64,000 nucleotides of DNA from Eledone cirrhosa (lineage: Eukaryota), in NCBI GenBank assembly GCA_964016885.1, contig OZ024740.1, forward strand, positions 217,558,001 to 217,622,000, read 5' to 3'. This document shows, in pieces, positions 10,860 to 22,385 of this stretch; position 1 is the stretch's first letter, and each line of letters begins with the position of its first letter. The position numbers and the translations under genes are program-made. The notes beneath the pieces are model-generated. The model was not told the DNA's origin and searched no databases. It saw only the letters and a list, made by a program, of their open reading frames with translations.

Positions 10860-13800
10860 TTATATTGACAGGATCTTCCTTAGTATATGCGCAGTTCCCA
10901 TTAGTACTATCTTTTGTATTTCTCCTATACGCGGGTTTCCTGGGATTTGCGATAAGTAGTCGTTAGACTCCTTAGGTATCATTCCCAGAGCGCCTACAAC
11001 CACTGGTATTGTTTTAGTTCTCAATTTCCACATTTTCCCAATTTCTATCTCCAGGTCCTTATACTTGCTCAATTTTTCAAATGTTTTTATAGATACATTC
11101 TTGTCTATTGGAACAGACATATCAATTAGCAGGCATACCCTCCTTTGAAAGTCCTTCAATATTATATCAGGTCTATTTGCATCTATTTTTCGGTCTGTTT
11201 GGATGCTAAAGTTCCACAAGATTGAGATGTGATCTTTTTCAAGTATGGGAGGTGGTTGATGCTCCCACCAATTCTTTTGATGGGGCAGGTCAAAATGCTT
11301 ACACATTATCCAATGTATGTATTGTGCAGCTCTGTCATGCCTGTTTAGGTATTCGGTTGGAGCTATAGGACTGCACATTGAAATTATATGGTCAATGGTC
11401 TCTGGTTGTTTTTTGCATACACGGCATAATGGGCTGCACCCATTTTTTATTATGTTGGCTTGGTAATTTTTTGTTGGCAGACACTGATCTTGTGCCGATA
11501 TAATCAGTCCTTCAGTCTCCGATTTCAGTCCAGAGGATGCCAACCACTGATGGGTTAAAGTTTTGTCAACATCAGGATTGTTAGCTCGCTCTGGGTATTT
11601 TCCATACAGAGGCTTTTCTTGCCATTTCTTAGCCAGTTTCTGTAGCAGTTCTTTCTTTGCAGTTACTTTTACCTGCTTTGCTTTTTCTGTGTTTTCCATT
11701 TCAGCAGTAAATGGGACTTCTGAAACTTGTAGTCCATTACTGTATCTTTGTGCATCTTTTGTAATGGAATATGATCTTTTGGTGCTTTCGTGTTTCAAAA
11801 CGAGTTTGATCATCCAATCATGTGATTCCCTTAGATATGTGGATAATCCAATTGTTGCAGTTTTCAACGCAATGTCTAACTGGATTAACCCACGTCCTCC
11901 TTCTTTCCTAGGGAGATATATTCTATCTATGTCTGCCTTAGGGTGATGCATTCTGTGCATGGTTAAGAATTTTCGGATTTTTGTATCGAGCCTACGGATC
12001 TCTGTGCTTGACCAGTTGATGACATTGTAACTGTAGGTTACTACTGGTATGGCAAGCGTGTTTATGGCATCGATCCTATTCCTTGCATTCAATTCCGTTC
12101 TTAAGATTGCTCTGACTCTGCGGTAACATTCCTTCCTTATCCTTTCCCTCATTGTCAAGTGCTTGATTCCGTCTCCTTCACAAACACCTAGATATTTGTA
12201 AGTTTTTTCTTGATCAAGCTCTCTTATCACGTTCCCCCGATCAAGATTAATGTCTGAACTCTTCAGCAGCTTTCCTCTGGTGAACGTTGCTTTGGCGCAT
12301 TTATCCAGTCCAAACTCCATTTTAATGTCATCACTGAACTGCTTCACAGTGGATAATAGCCCTTGCAATTGTTCATCATTTTTTGCAAATAGTTTCAGGT
12401 CATCCATGTAGAACAGGTGATTAATGGTTTTGTCATAGACTCTATATCCATGTTTTGTTTCATTGAGCATTTTACTTAATGGTATAAGTGCGATGCAGAA
12501 TAAAAGCGGTGATAAAGAGACACCCTGAAAAATTCCACAATTAATGTTAACTTCTCCAGCTTCCAGTGATTTTGTTTCACTATTCAAAAGGAGTGTCGTT
12601 CTCCATGTCCTCATACTGAATGACAAAAACCTCCTGACAACGGGGGATATTTTGAAAATCTCTAAACATTTTTCAATCCAACTGTGTGGCAAACTATCGA
12701 ATGCTTTTTTATAATCTATCCAAGCAATCGATAGATTTTTGTGTCTTTTATGACAGTCTTCCAGTATCATTTTGTTAACCAGAAGCTGATCCTTACAGCC
12801 ATATGAGCCTCGTTTACACCCTTTCTGCTCAATGGGAAATAGGTCATTTGTTATCAGGTGGTCATATGTGTATTCAGTTAGGACTGATGTTAAAATTTTA
12901 TACATTGTGGTCAAGCAGGTTATCGGTCTGTAATTTTTGGGATTGTTTGTCTCATCATTCTTCGGTAGCAGGAATGTAATGCCGTTAACTAGCCATGATG
13001 GTATCTTTTCTGGCTCCTTAACTATTTCATTGTAAAGTTGGGCTAACAGCTCATGAGACTCTGTGAAGGCATTTATCCAAAAGTTTTGTATTTTGTCTTT
13101 TCCTGGGGATTTCCATTTGCTGGTTTTTCTTAGAGCCAAGCGCAGCTGTTCAACTGTTATATTTTCCCATGTTTGTTCTTCAAGGTGAGCTGTTTCTTTC
13201 ATTTGTCTGTCTATCCATGGGGCATGTATGTTATGAACTTTTTCTTCGGCCCAGATCTTTTCCCAGAATTCTTGCACTTCCTCCTTGGGTGGTATTGATT
13301 TAGCAGTTATTGTTGACTTACCAATTTTTCTGTAGAAGTTTCTTTGGTTGTTTTTGAACATATTATTGTCCTTATAGAATCTAGATCGTTTTTCAAAGCG
13401 CCTTATACGAGCAGCTTTGGCCGACACTTTTTGCTTGATTGTTTCTATCAGCATGTCTATGTCACATGTTGATCTTATACTGTACTTTTTTTTCAATTTT
13501 CTAAGTTTAGTTTGTTTAACATGTTCACCTACTTTATAGTTTGTTAAAATTTCTATGTCAGATCGGAGAAGGTTTATTTGGCGATTGATGTTATCTTGCC
13601 AAGTAGATTTCTTGTGGGAATTCCTTTGTTTTTTCATCTTCACTCCACATAAGTGAGTGGTGACTTTAGCCGATGCATAATAGAGATGATTTAAGTCAGT
13701 AATGTTTAGTTTGTTTGTGATGATAATGTTTTTGAGAATTATGTTAGTCTTGTGTATTATCTTTTGGTTCTGTTTGGAGTTCTGGATCTTAGGGAGGGTG

Positions 13801-14510
13801 TCTCGTTGTCCCATGTCAGATTCTTTCATTTTCATCCATTCGATCATAATTTCATCCTTCAAGTTGGCAAGTTCATTCTCATTCATTTCTTTATCATTTA
13901 CGATCTCATTATTTTCATTTGGAGTTTCATCCTGAGCATGCACTCCCTCCACTTTTTCGCTCCTTTCTTTAATTTGTTCTGTTGCCAGTGATTCCGCCCC
14001 AACCCTGGGATTCGAAGTGTTACAGTTTACCTCGTTTTCACTGACACATGCTTCATTTTCCCTTCGCTGACTTTGTGCTACTAGCTTGATCTGATCAATT
14101 TCTATATCAGTTAGTAACTTTTTTCTTACAATATTTCTTCGTATATTGGCTAGTTTGTTACTGTCAATATAGCCTCTGTTTTCGGGATGTTTCTTTTTCC
14201 AGTTGATATATGTTTGTTCTGTATTCGATGTATTTGATGGGTAGTACATGGCAGTGTAGAAAGCCTCAAGGACTTCTTTATTATCTTCCCTTGACCATTT
14301 TTCTCTCTTTTTCTTTGGATTTCTTGGTGGTGAGCATGGAGGGCCAACAGTAGGAGTATTCCGGTTATGGGAGGTCTCCAGCTCCGAAGTGATGAGAAGG
14401 TTTGAACCATTAGCTGATTTTTCGACCCCAGTCTGGTTCCTCTCTGAGGTACGCGGCACTTTTTTACCCGGGTGACGGCCGATCCGGTATGAGATTTTAT
14501 CATTAGACAT
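10860..14510 (-). CDS. Reverse transcriptase - CCHC - restriction-like endonuclease polyprotein (1216 aa)
   Basis: KSPGKD, NYRPITCL, QKGC, WIDYKKAFDS, GIFQGVSLSP (V in place of the usual D), YMDD, YKYLG; CRVC-x8-H-x4-C; RHD, RPDIILKD..LIDMSVP..K..KY.DL. Confidence 0.93.
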   Translation of the reverse strand: MSNDKISYRIGRHPGKKVPRTSERNQTGVEKSANGSNLLITSELETSHNRNTPTVGPPCSPPRNPKKKREKWSREDNKEVLEAFYTAMYYPSNTSNTEQTYINWKKKHPENRGYIDSNKLANIRRNIVRKKLLTDIEIDQIKLVAQSQRRENEACVSENEVNCNTSNPRVGAESLATEQIKERSEKVEGVHAQDETPNENNEIVNDKEMNENELANLKDEIMIEWMKMKESDMGQRDTLPKIQNSKQNQKIIHKTNIILKNIIITNKLNITDLNHLYYASAKVTTHLCGVKMKKQRNSHKKSTWQDNINRQINLLRSDIEILTNYKVGEHVKQTKLRKLKKKYSIRSTCDIDMLIETIKQKVSAKAARIRRFEKRSRFYKDNNMFKNNQRNFYRKIGKSTITAKSIPPKEEVQEFWEKIWAEEKVHNIHAPWIDRQMKETAHLEEQTWENITVEQLRLALRKTSKWKSPGKDKIQNFWINAFTESHELLAQLYNEIVKEPEKIPSWLVNGITFLLPKNDETNNPKNYRPITCLTTMYKILTSVLTEYTYDHLITNDLFPIEQKGCKRGSYGCKDQLLVNKMILEDCHKRHKNLSIAWIDYKKAFDSLPHSWIEKCLEIFKISPVVRRFLSFSMRTWRTTLLLNSETKSLEAGEVNINCGIFQGVSLSPLLFCIALIPLSKMLNETKHGYRVYDKTINHLFYMDDLKLFAKNDEQLQGLLSTVKQFSDDIKMEFGLDKCAKATFTRGKLLKSSDINLDRGNVIRELDQEKTYKYLGVCEGDGIKHLTMRERIRKECYRRVRAILRTELNARNRIDAINTLAIPVVTYSYNVINWSSTEIRRLDTKIRKFLTMHRMHHPKADIDRIYLPRKEGGRGLIQLDIALKTATIGLSTYLRESHDWMIKLVLKHESTKRSYSITKDAQRYSNGLQVSEVPFTAEMENTEKAKQVKVTAKKELLQKLAKKWQEKPLYGKYPERANNPDVDKTLTHQWLASSGLKSETEGLIISAQDQCLPTKNYQANIIKNGCSPLCRVCKKQPETIDHIISMCSPIAPTEYLNRHDRAAQYIHWIMCKHFDLPHQKNWWEHQPPPILEKDHISILWNFSIQTDRKIDANRPDIILKDFQRRVCLLIDMSVPIDKNVSIKTFEKLSKYKDLEIEIGKMWKLRTKTIPVVVGALGMIPKESNDYLSQIPGNPRIGEIQKIVLMGTAHILRKILSI

Positions 14511-14575
14511 TTACTTTATTTTGTCGCGTTTTATCCTTATCCGCCAAGGGGTAATCATTTCGTGTTACCACTTCT

Positions 14576-14664
14576 AGAACGCGTGTCAACCAAGACTAGA
14601 GGGGTCGTTCTCCCCTAGAGACATGGCTATTTCCCGCCGGCCGCCATCCCGGTATTTCTTGGTC
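14576..14664 (-). ncRNA. Candidate HDV-like pseudoknot in the R4/Dong 5' UTR
   Basis: On the minus strand: P1 GACCAA/TTGGTT (G.U first pair), P2 AGAAC/GTTCT, P3 GAC/GTC around loop CCCTCTA, in HDV order. No P4; P1.1 and J4/2 are non-canonical. Confidence 0.35.
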
Positions 14665-14750
14665 ACGGGGTTTTCTTTTTGTTGTTTTTTTTAAATTGTT
14701 ATTATCATGAGTGGTTCCTTAATGTGAGCATTGCGTGGCTTAAGAATGAA

Positions 14751-14807
14751 ATTATTAATAATTGTCTCCACTCCAGGCACAAGGCCAGCAATCACCCAGT
14801 GCATTAC
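14751..14807 (-). mobile_element. 3' fragment of SINE family 1
   Basis: Reverse complement matches the 3' end of the SINE at 22386-22575 (cactgggtgattgctggccttgtgcc). Confidence 0.6.
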
Positions 14808-15844
14808 AATAATATAATATACTTTTTGTTGTAGTTGGCTGTTATTGCTGCTGGCTATGTCGGTGGTGGTGCCGGGGCTTTTTATATTGTTGGTGAGGAA
14901 GGGGTGAGCCAGCAGTCCCATAATTGTTGATGTAGACGTTTGGCCGTGGCAAGGTCACAAGTCAATCTATTTATATCTTTTGCTAGCCTCTCTCTTGTCT
15001 AGTGCTACCGCCACCTTCCCTTTTCTCTCTCAAGTTAACAGGGGAATAGTGTCAGTAGCACTGAATGAGTGGTGGCGGCGATGATGGATGTGGTGGGGTG
15101 GTGGCAGCGGTGGTGTTGTGGTTACTGATATAGTATCTATGAGTTTGTGTTCGTATGTTTAATATATATTTTCATTATATTTTGTGTTGACATATTCCCG
15201 TAAAATTTGAATTAAACATTTTTTAAAATTTGAGACAATCATAATAGTAATTATTATTATGATGCCGGTGAAATTGCCGTTATCTGGTGTGATGGGATAG
15301 GTAGTGTATCATTTTCTGGTGTTGGTGAAATTGAAATTGCCGCTGTTCTATATAGTGTAGACAGAGGGTGTTTTGTTCCATTTATAACCATTTTCTTTTT
15401 TTGAATACAAAATATATAATACAAAATTGAATATTTGAGCGATACAACAATATAATATGGATCCGAAACTTTATGGGACCTCATTCGGTGCCTTTATGCA
15501 ACATTTGTGCTAAGAATTGTTCTTTCACAATTGATTTAAATATGTTAAAAATCAGAAAACTTACGGGAGCAATTTCGTGACGTTCTACCACCTCGTGCGT
15601 CTTCTTCCCTTATTATTATTATTATTATTGAATGCCATGGTTGACGGAGGCTCGGCTCTGTAAGGTATAGTAATTTTTAACCGTTAAAACAATTGTAAAT
15701 TGTTTAAAACTTGAACCAAATTGTTGATAAAGACACCCTCCTCCTCGTGAGAGGGGTCTTTCTGTCCGTTATTTGGCCCTTCGGGGTTAAATAACCAGTT
15801 ATTGGGGTTTTGTACCCAAAATTTCATTTTAAACAAAAAACAAC

Positions 15845-17942
15845 ATGGCTACGAAAAAGAAATTTCATACGTCACTCCCACTCATTCCGTCTTCTTCTTC
15901 CTCAATCATCACTACAGCAGAGAGAAGATTGTCTCTCTCCCTCCCTTCTTTAAATGTGTCTCTCTCCCTCCCTTCTCTTTCGCAAGTGACGAAAGAAAAG
16001 AAAAGTCTCGTGCAAAGCGTGCAAGGTTTCTCCACGACGACGACGACAGCGACGAAACAGGTGTGCGGGAAATACGAAAACCCAGTTCATTCGTCTGACG
16101 TCAGGAATAATAGCAGTAGCAGCCGTAATAACAACAGCAACAGTGACAATGAAAACAACAGTAGCAGCCGCAACAGCATCACCAGCAGCATAAACAACAA
16201 CAGCATTAGCAGCAGCAACACCAACAACAACCACAGCAACAGCGGCGGAGGCAGTAGTCGTAGTACCTGCAGCAACAACAAAAGTACCAGCAGCTCTGAC
16301 GACAACAACAACAGCAGAGAAAAACCAATCTCATTTGCAGGTATTGCGAAAAACTTGGAAACAATCCTCATAACAAATGAGGAATTAGAGGAAGCGAAGA
16401 AGATGGTGACAAAGAACGGACACCGAGCAATCTGCAAGGCAGCGGAAAAATTTTTCGAAACCCAAGAGCACTGTACGGTCACGTACCGTACAGTAAGTAC
16501 AAAATCCCGTAGGGTGGAAAGAGCCACAGAGGCCCAAATACAAAAAGCCTTGGGGTCTGTGTGGCAGCGGAAAACGCACATCACCCGAGGCAAAAAATAT
16601 GCCACCGTAGACGTACTTTTTGCCACACCCCAGGAGGCAAAGGCCCAATCAGTAGTGACCCTAAGGAGCGAGGAAATGGTGTTGGTGCCCTCCTACTGCG
16701 GGCAAAAAATTGTGAGGGTCAAACTGACCCACGTCCCCCCCCGGAATGATCCCTTCTTGGCTGGCCGCGTCTGTCCTCGTCGGAATCGAGGACAAAACAA
16801 CTGTACTGCAAGTACAGAAAAAAGTAAGAGAAGATTGGGTCGGCTCCTCCATTGAGATGCTAATCCAAACCAACCAGGAGTGCATCGAAGCTATCCCGGA
16901 TGTGATAGACTTCGATAACGGCACTCAACTGCCCATAAGTGTTGAGGGCAAACGCCCGAAATGCTTTCGCTGTGGATCGAAGACTCACCTCAGGGCCTTC
17001 TGCAACGAGAAGACCCTGAGAAAGGAGAAACCCCCCCTCCTTCCGAATCCGGCTCCACGGCTACCAGCAACAGGACAAGCGGCAACCAGGAACGATAGGT
17101 CCGTGGCACCCATACCCACTCCACGGAAATCAAAAACAGCAGCAGCAGTGGAAATATTAACAACAACAACAGCAATACCAAATGCAGCTGCAACAGAGAC
17201 TCCAGTGCAAACATCACCAACAACAACAAGTGAAAGAGTGGAGCTGGTACCCCTCCCCGACCTCACAGAATCAGACATGGAGTGTGAGGTGGGAGAGGGA
17301 TGGCAAAAGGTCGCAAGAAGGCACAAACGCAGAAGCAGCGCATCGTCGCCTTTGAAAAGGGAGGAAAGAAATGAGAAAAGGGTAAAGTCTACTGCAAAGA
17401 GACCCACAGCAGCAACACCACCAACACCATCACCACCCACACCAGCACCACCATCACCACCGGCGACAACCCCACCGCCAACAACACCTTCAACACCACC
17501 ACCACAAGCACCAACATCGCAAACACAACAACAAAACACACACACCCAGCAACAACGACAAGAAAATAGCAGAACCACACCCCACCCCCAGAAAAACAAA
17601 TGCACGGCAATAAACACACACAACAAGAAACTAATGACTTACATAATTGAACACACAGACATTTCACAACAGGACTACATAATACCAGCACCAATCAAAA
17701 CGCCAACTAACATAAGACTGCTAAAAATAGCACAGAAACAATACACAAACATTAAAACGAAATTCCCCAACGCAGTTGGTGATTTCAGGGACCTAGGAGG
17801 AACCATCAATCGAAGAGTATATTCAGACATTCTCTTAGAAGAGCCGACGACCAGCCGAAGGGACGATTCAACGGTCCCTTCACCAGACGATCAAGTGAAA
17901 AGGGATGTAAAAACCATCCCTCCTCTACCAAAAGTACGGTAA
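15845..17942 (+). CDS. Tx1 ORF1 (gag-like, CCHC zinc knuckle); one frameshift in a C-run near 16740
   Basis: ORFs 15845..16855 and 16746..17942 join at a C homopolymer; CFRCGSKTHLRAFC knuckle; N/S-rich and P/T-rich tracts. Confidence 0.8.
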
Positions 17943-17977
17943 GTGGTCTTTCCCATCTTTTCCACTCTATTTTAAAC

Positions 17978-20900
17978 ATGACCTCACTCAGAATAGGCAG
18001 CATAAATGCGCGTGGCTTGGGGTTGTCATGGAAGCAGGGTCACCTGCTCAACGACCTCAGGTCACTAAACATAGATGTAGTGGCCATCAGCGAGACCAGA
18101 ATCTCCGAAGCACGGGCCTTCGCACCCATCTTCGGCGGCTACGATGTGTACGCATCTCCCAGCCGTCCTGGATCGGGTGGAGGAGTTGCTGTGCTTTTTC
18201 GGAGAGGTTTGGATCTCGCCATACGGGCCATCTTCCTGGACCCAGAGGGTAAGCTGGTGGTGCTGGACGTGACCAGCGGAGACGGGCAAGCTTTCAGGCT
18301 AGTGGCCGTCTATGCCCCGACAGGAGCAGGGCGGCCTGATTTCTTCCGGCGTCTGGAGACCTTTCTTGGAACGTCCCGCTCTTTAGTGTTAGTGGGCGAC
18401 TGGAACGGGATCTTAGATGCACGCTGGGACTGTGTGGGATTAGTGGATAGGGGTGGAGGGTGCAAGAGCCTCACCAACCAGCTCAGGCGTTTTGAACTGT
18501 CTGACAGGTACCGATTGGATTTCCCGAATGTGCCAATGTGGACTTGGACAAACCGCATAGGGTCATCCAGATCATATCTAGATAGAGTATTTTGTAGGGA
18601 AATAGATAGGTCTAGCATAGGCTGTCCACAATTCAAGATAGTCAGCTACACGGACCACAAATTCGTGACCTGTGTGCTTGACTTAGATAGGCTTCATAGA
18701 CGAGGACCCGGCTACTGGAAGCTAAACGCGTCCTTACCAGCGCGCAAGGCCTACAGAGACCGGATTAGCGAACTAGTTAAGCGGGCGTTGACGGGGGCCA
18801 TCGTCAACAACAAGTGGTGGTTTGCTCTGAAAAGAGCGATTAGAATAGAATCGATTAGGTTTAGTAAGGCTTTAGCAACAGAGAAAAATAGAGCAGAGGG
18901 AGAACTAGTTAGAAAATTAGACGAGGCGCTTAGCAAAGGCATTGCGACCGACGTGCTTGCGGCGAAATTGGCCCTTGACCAATTCTTCAATGCAAAGCAC
19001 GAAGGCTGCGTTGTCAGAGCTAGGGTGCGTGCTCTCAGACACGAGGGGACGAAAGCCGTTCAATGGGCCCGAGTGGCGGAGGCGCGTCGTGGCAACAAAG
19101 CCACGATCCGGTCTTTGGTGGACCACGACGGGCGCATGCTACTCGATCCCGGGCAAATGTGTGAAGCTTTTCAGCGACACTTCGCTCAGCTGTTCGGGGG
19201 CAGCGGGGGGGGGGGGGGGTAGAGTGATGGACTTTAGTGTCTACCTCGACGGACTGCCGCGGCTCTCAGCCACTGAGGCGAAGTGTTGCGAAAAGCCGAT
19301 AACAGCCGCTGAAGTAAGGGAGGCAATGACTGGCTGCACAAGGGGTAAATCGCCTGGTTTGGATGGTCTGCCCTATGAACTTTACGTACAGATGCCAGAC
19401 TTGTTCGGAGGCCTCTTGGCGGACGTCTACTGCAACTGGCAACAGAACGGGAGAATTCCCAGTTCTGTGAGCCGAGGAGCGGTGGCACTGCTGAGAAAGG
19501 ATCCGAACAAGGGGGATAACATAGAAAATTTCCGGCCCATAACTCTGCTAAACACAGAGTTTAAGATTTTGGCCAAGGTGCTAGCAAAGAGGTTGGCGCT
19601 TGTCGTTGGTGGTCTGGTGGGAGAGGCGCAGACATGCGCCATTCCCGACAGATCCATCCACGACAACCTCCACCTCATGCGATACATCGTAGAGAGGGTA
19701 GCTAGGGAACCTGGCACGGGTGGGTCCTTGATCAATTTAGATCAGTCGAAAGCTTTCGATAGGGTCGACCATCGTTACCTAGCGGCAGTCCTGAGGGCGG
19801 CTGGCTTTGGGCCCGTCTTCAGAGGCTGGATCGCTGCCATGCACAGCGACATCTGCTCTGTGGTGAGAGTGAACGGTCACCTGTCGGAACCGTTCAACAT
19901 CATGCGCTCGGTCCGCCAAGGATGTCCCCTCTCGTCCCTCTTGTACGTATTGACTCTCGAGCCATTACTGCACAAACTGGAGACGTTGAGGGGAGTCCCG
20001 CGCGAACTAGGATGCGGAAGATCCGTGTCAGCATATGCGGACGATGTCACCGTAGTGGTGTCGAACGCCAAACACATCGAGGCGATCGGCACTACACTAA
20101 GAGAATACGAAGCGGTAACAGGAGCAATAATCAACCAGGAAAAGTCAGTGGGCCTGCAGCTCGGCACCTGGAGAGGCAGGTCCATGCCATCCAACAGCGT
20201 CGTCGGGCGCTGGACGGACGGACCGGTTAAATTGCTAGGGGTCTGGTTCGGTCCGGACCTCCAGACGGACAAAAACTGGGACGAGGTGACGAGCAGGGTG
20301 GCTTCTCTCACCCAGAAATGGGCGGAGAGGAAGCTATCCCTGAAAGGTCGAGCGGAGGTGGCTAACGCGTACATCGCGTCTGTCATCTGCTACCGCCTAA
20401 CCGTCGTACCTTGTCCTAAGCCTCGCCTGACTGCACTGGAGCGTTTGCTCTTTCGCTTTTTGTGGAAGGGACGTGCTCCGATGGTCAGGCGGTCCATCTG
20501 TTGTCAACACCCGCTACGTGGAGGGCTGGGCATGCCGTGGCTGATGATGCGCAGGCACGCGCTCAGGCTACGACATCTCCACCTCTTCCTCGACGGTGAT
20601 CAGGTGTGGTCGCCGTTTGCTAGACGCGTTTTTCCCCAGCTCGTTTCCTTGACGGAGCTGCAGTCCTGGGTCAAGCGAAGACCGAGAGGGAGCGCCTGGA
20701 GTCTGGAATGTCTTCAGGCGCTCACAGCCCTCGACCAATCGGGCAATGTGATCGGTGGAAACTCCACCTCGGCGTTCTATAGAGGATTAGTGGAGGGGAA
20801 GAGCGACGACGTACTTGGGGAAACTCTAGGCGTCGACGAAAATCAACTAGCCAATCTCTTCGGAAGGACTTTCGGGCCAGGGCCTATGGACAACTTCCAG

Positions 20901-21401
20901 AAATCTCTGGCCTGGCAGTGCTACCGAGGAGCCTTGCCAGTTCGGGATAAACTCTACAGGCATGGAGGTGCCGTCAGCCGGGCATGTCCGAGATGCGCGC
21001 AGGGCGACGAAACCGTCCTGCACGCACTCGTCCAGTGTCCGAAAATTGCTGACTTGTGGGTTTATGTCGAACACCTGCTGTCGCGTTTAGGACGGATCCA
21101 GCTATCATCTGAGTCCATCGTGAGGATTGCCCCGCCCTCCTCCTTTAGCCGGGAAGGGCAGGCAGTTTTTATCTGTCTGGTGGCCATGGCGAAAGAGATA
21201 GTATGGTGGACACGTTTGAAAGGGCTGAAGACAAGCACTTACCTCTTCGGTGATGCTCTGATTGACTTTTTCAAATTTCATTTGAAAAGGAAAATCAGAG
21301 TAGAGAGGGAAGTGCTCTCTTCCCAGCATTTTGTTGAAAGATGGGTGAGAGAAGCAAGAATGGCCCGAGTGAATGGGCCTACTCTGAGTATATATCTGTA
21401 A
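17978..21401 (+). CDS. Tx1 ORF2 (APE endonuclease - RT - C-terminal zinc motif); one frameshift in a G-run at about 19205-19219
   Basis: SINARG, SETR, YAP, GDWN, SYLDR, TDH; KSPGLDG, NFRPITLLN, LDQSKAFDRV, RQGCPLS, YADD; CPRC-x8-H-x4-C. Confidence 0.9.
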
Positions 21402-21660
21402 ATTAAAGGTGGAAAACTGGGAGAGGGCACTTGCCTTGGTGGTCAGGGTCATTGTGGCTTTTTACTGGGCTTTCTCCACAAATGTCCCTCCGAAGTCTCC
21501 CCCCTATTGGGGAATTTTTCATTGTTATTTTCATTGTTATTTTTGTTACATCCTCTGTTTTTGTTTTTTACACGCAGAAATGCCCATTTGTACCGTCCTG
21601 CATTGTCCTGCACTGTCCTTAATGTCTACTTTATGTAAACCCTTGTGGTTAATAAAGAAA

Positions 21661-21701
<41 letters not shown>

Positions 21702-21702
<1 letters not shown>

Positions 21703-22210
21703 CTGGAGGAAGAGTCCTCAAACACTCGTTCCAGCAGGTTCTGTTAGAAGCACCCTACTCCAGCTGATCCGGCGCATGGTTGTTATCTTCAATTCAGTAT
21801 TCATGCCAACCCTTACCTATTGTCATGAATCTTGTGTAATGACCGAAAGAATACGATCACTAATACAACGGCCCAAACGGGATTCCTCCAATAGATCTTC
21901 GGAGTAACGTTACTCGATAGAGTGCATAGCTTGGAGATCAGAGCTTCACTCCAGGCAGAGCCGCTACTTCTCCTAATTTATCACAGCTCTGATACTATGG
22001 ACATGTGGTTACAATGTCTCAAGGAAGAATCGCTGGACAGATTTTACGGGAAAAAATCAACCGGCAGTAGACCCAGGGGTAGACCCAAGCAAGATAGTTG
22101 GATAACATCCAAGAGCTTGGCTAGTCTCGCTTGGAGATCCAGCCGGATCAGTTGGAAACGGTTGCTTCCAACAGCACCCGCTGGAATGAGTGTTTGAGGA
22201 CTCAGCTCCC
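21702..22210. mobile_element. RTE-like LINE 3' fragments in opposite orientations
   Basis: About 21790-22210 (+) reads PTLTYCHES...DRVHSLEIR...GHV...RPRGRPK. 21702-21773 is a reverse-complement 3' end whose tail is the adjacent (TAA)n. Confidence 0.65.
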
Positions 22211-22385
22211 ACCAGCCTCTTTCTTGATACTTGTACATTATTCTATGTACTAAACATGCACCTTTGATGAGTTGTGGTACACCTGAGCACTGTACACAAT
22301 AATTTCATTATTATTTTAATATTACATTAAAATAATAATGAAATTATTGTGTACAGTAATTTCATTATTATTTTAATATTACATT

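Larger units (their letters stand above)
10680..14700 (-). mobile_element. Apparently full-length R4/Dong-clade non-LTR retrotransposon with (TAA)n tail
   Basis: Single uninterrupted ORF, short 3' UTR, (TAA)n tail at 10680-10718, structured 5' UTR. The 5' boundary is approximate. Confidence 0.88.
15611..21701 (+). mobile_element. Near-intact full-length Tx1/L1-type retrotransposon, subfamily A, flanked by (TTA)n on both sides
   Basis: (TTA)n at 15611-15629 and 21663-21701; two ORFs; 3' AATAAA immediately before the tail. Confidence 0.92.

Noticed and set aside
15730-15760. CTCCTCGTG resembling an HDV ribozyme L3 in the Tx1 5' UTR
   Set aside because: Folds as a simple hairpin; no P1/P2 pseudoknot partners found.
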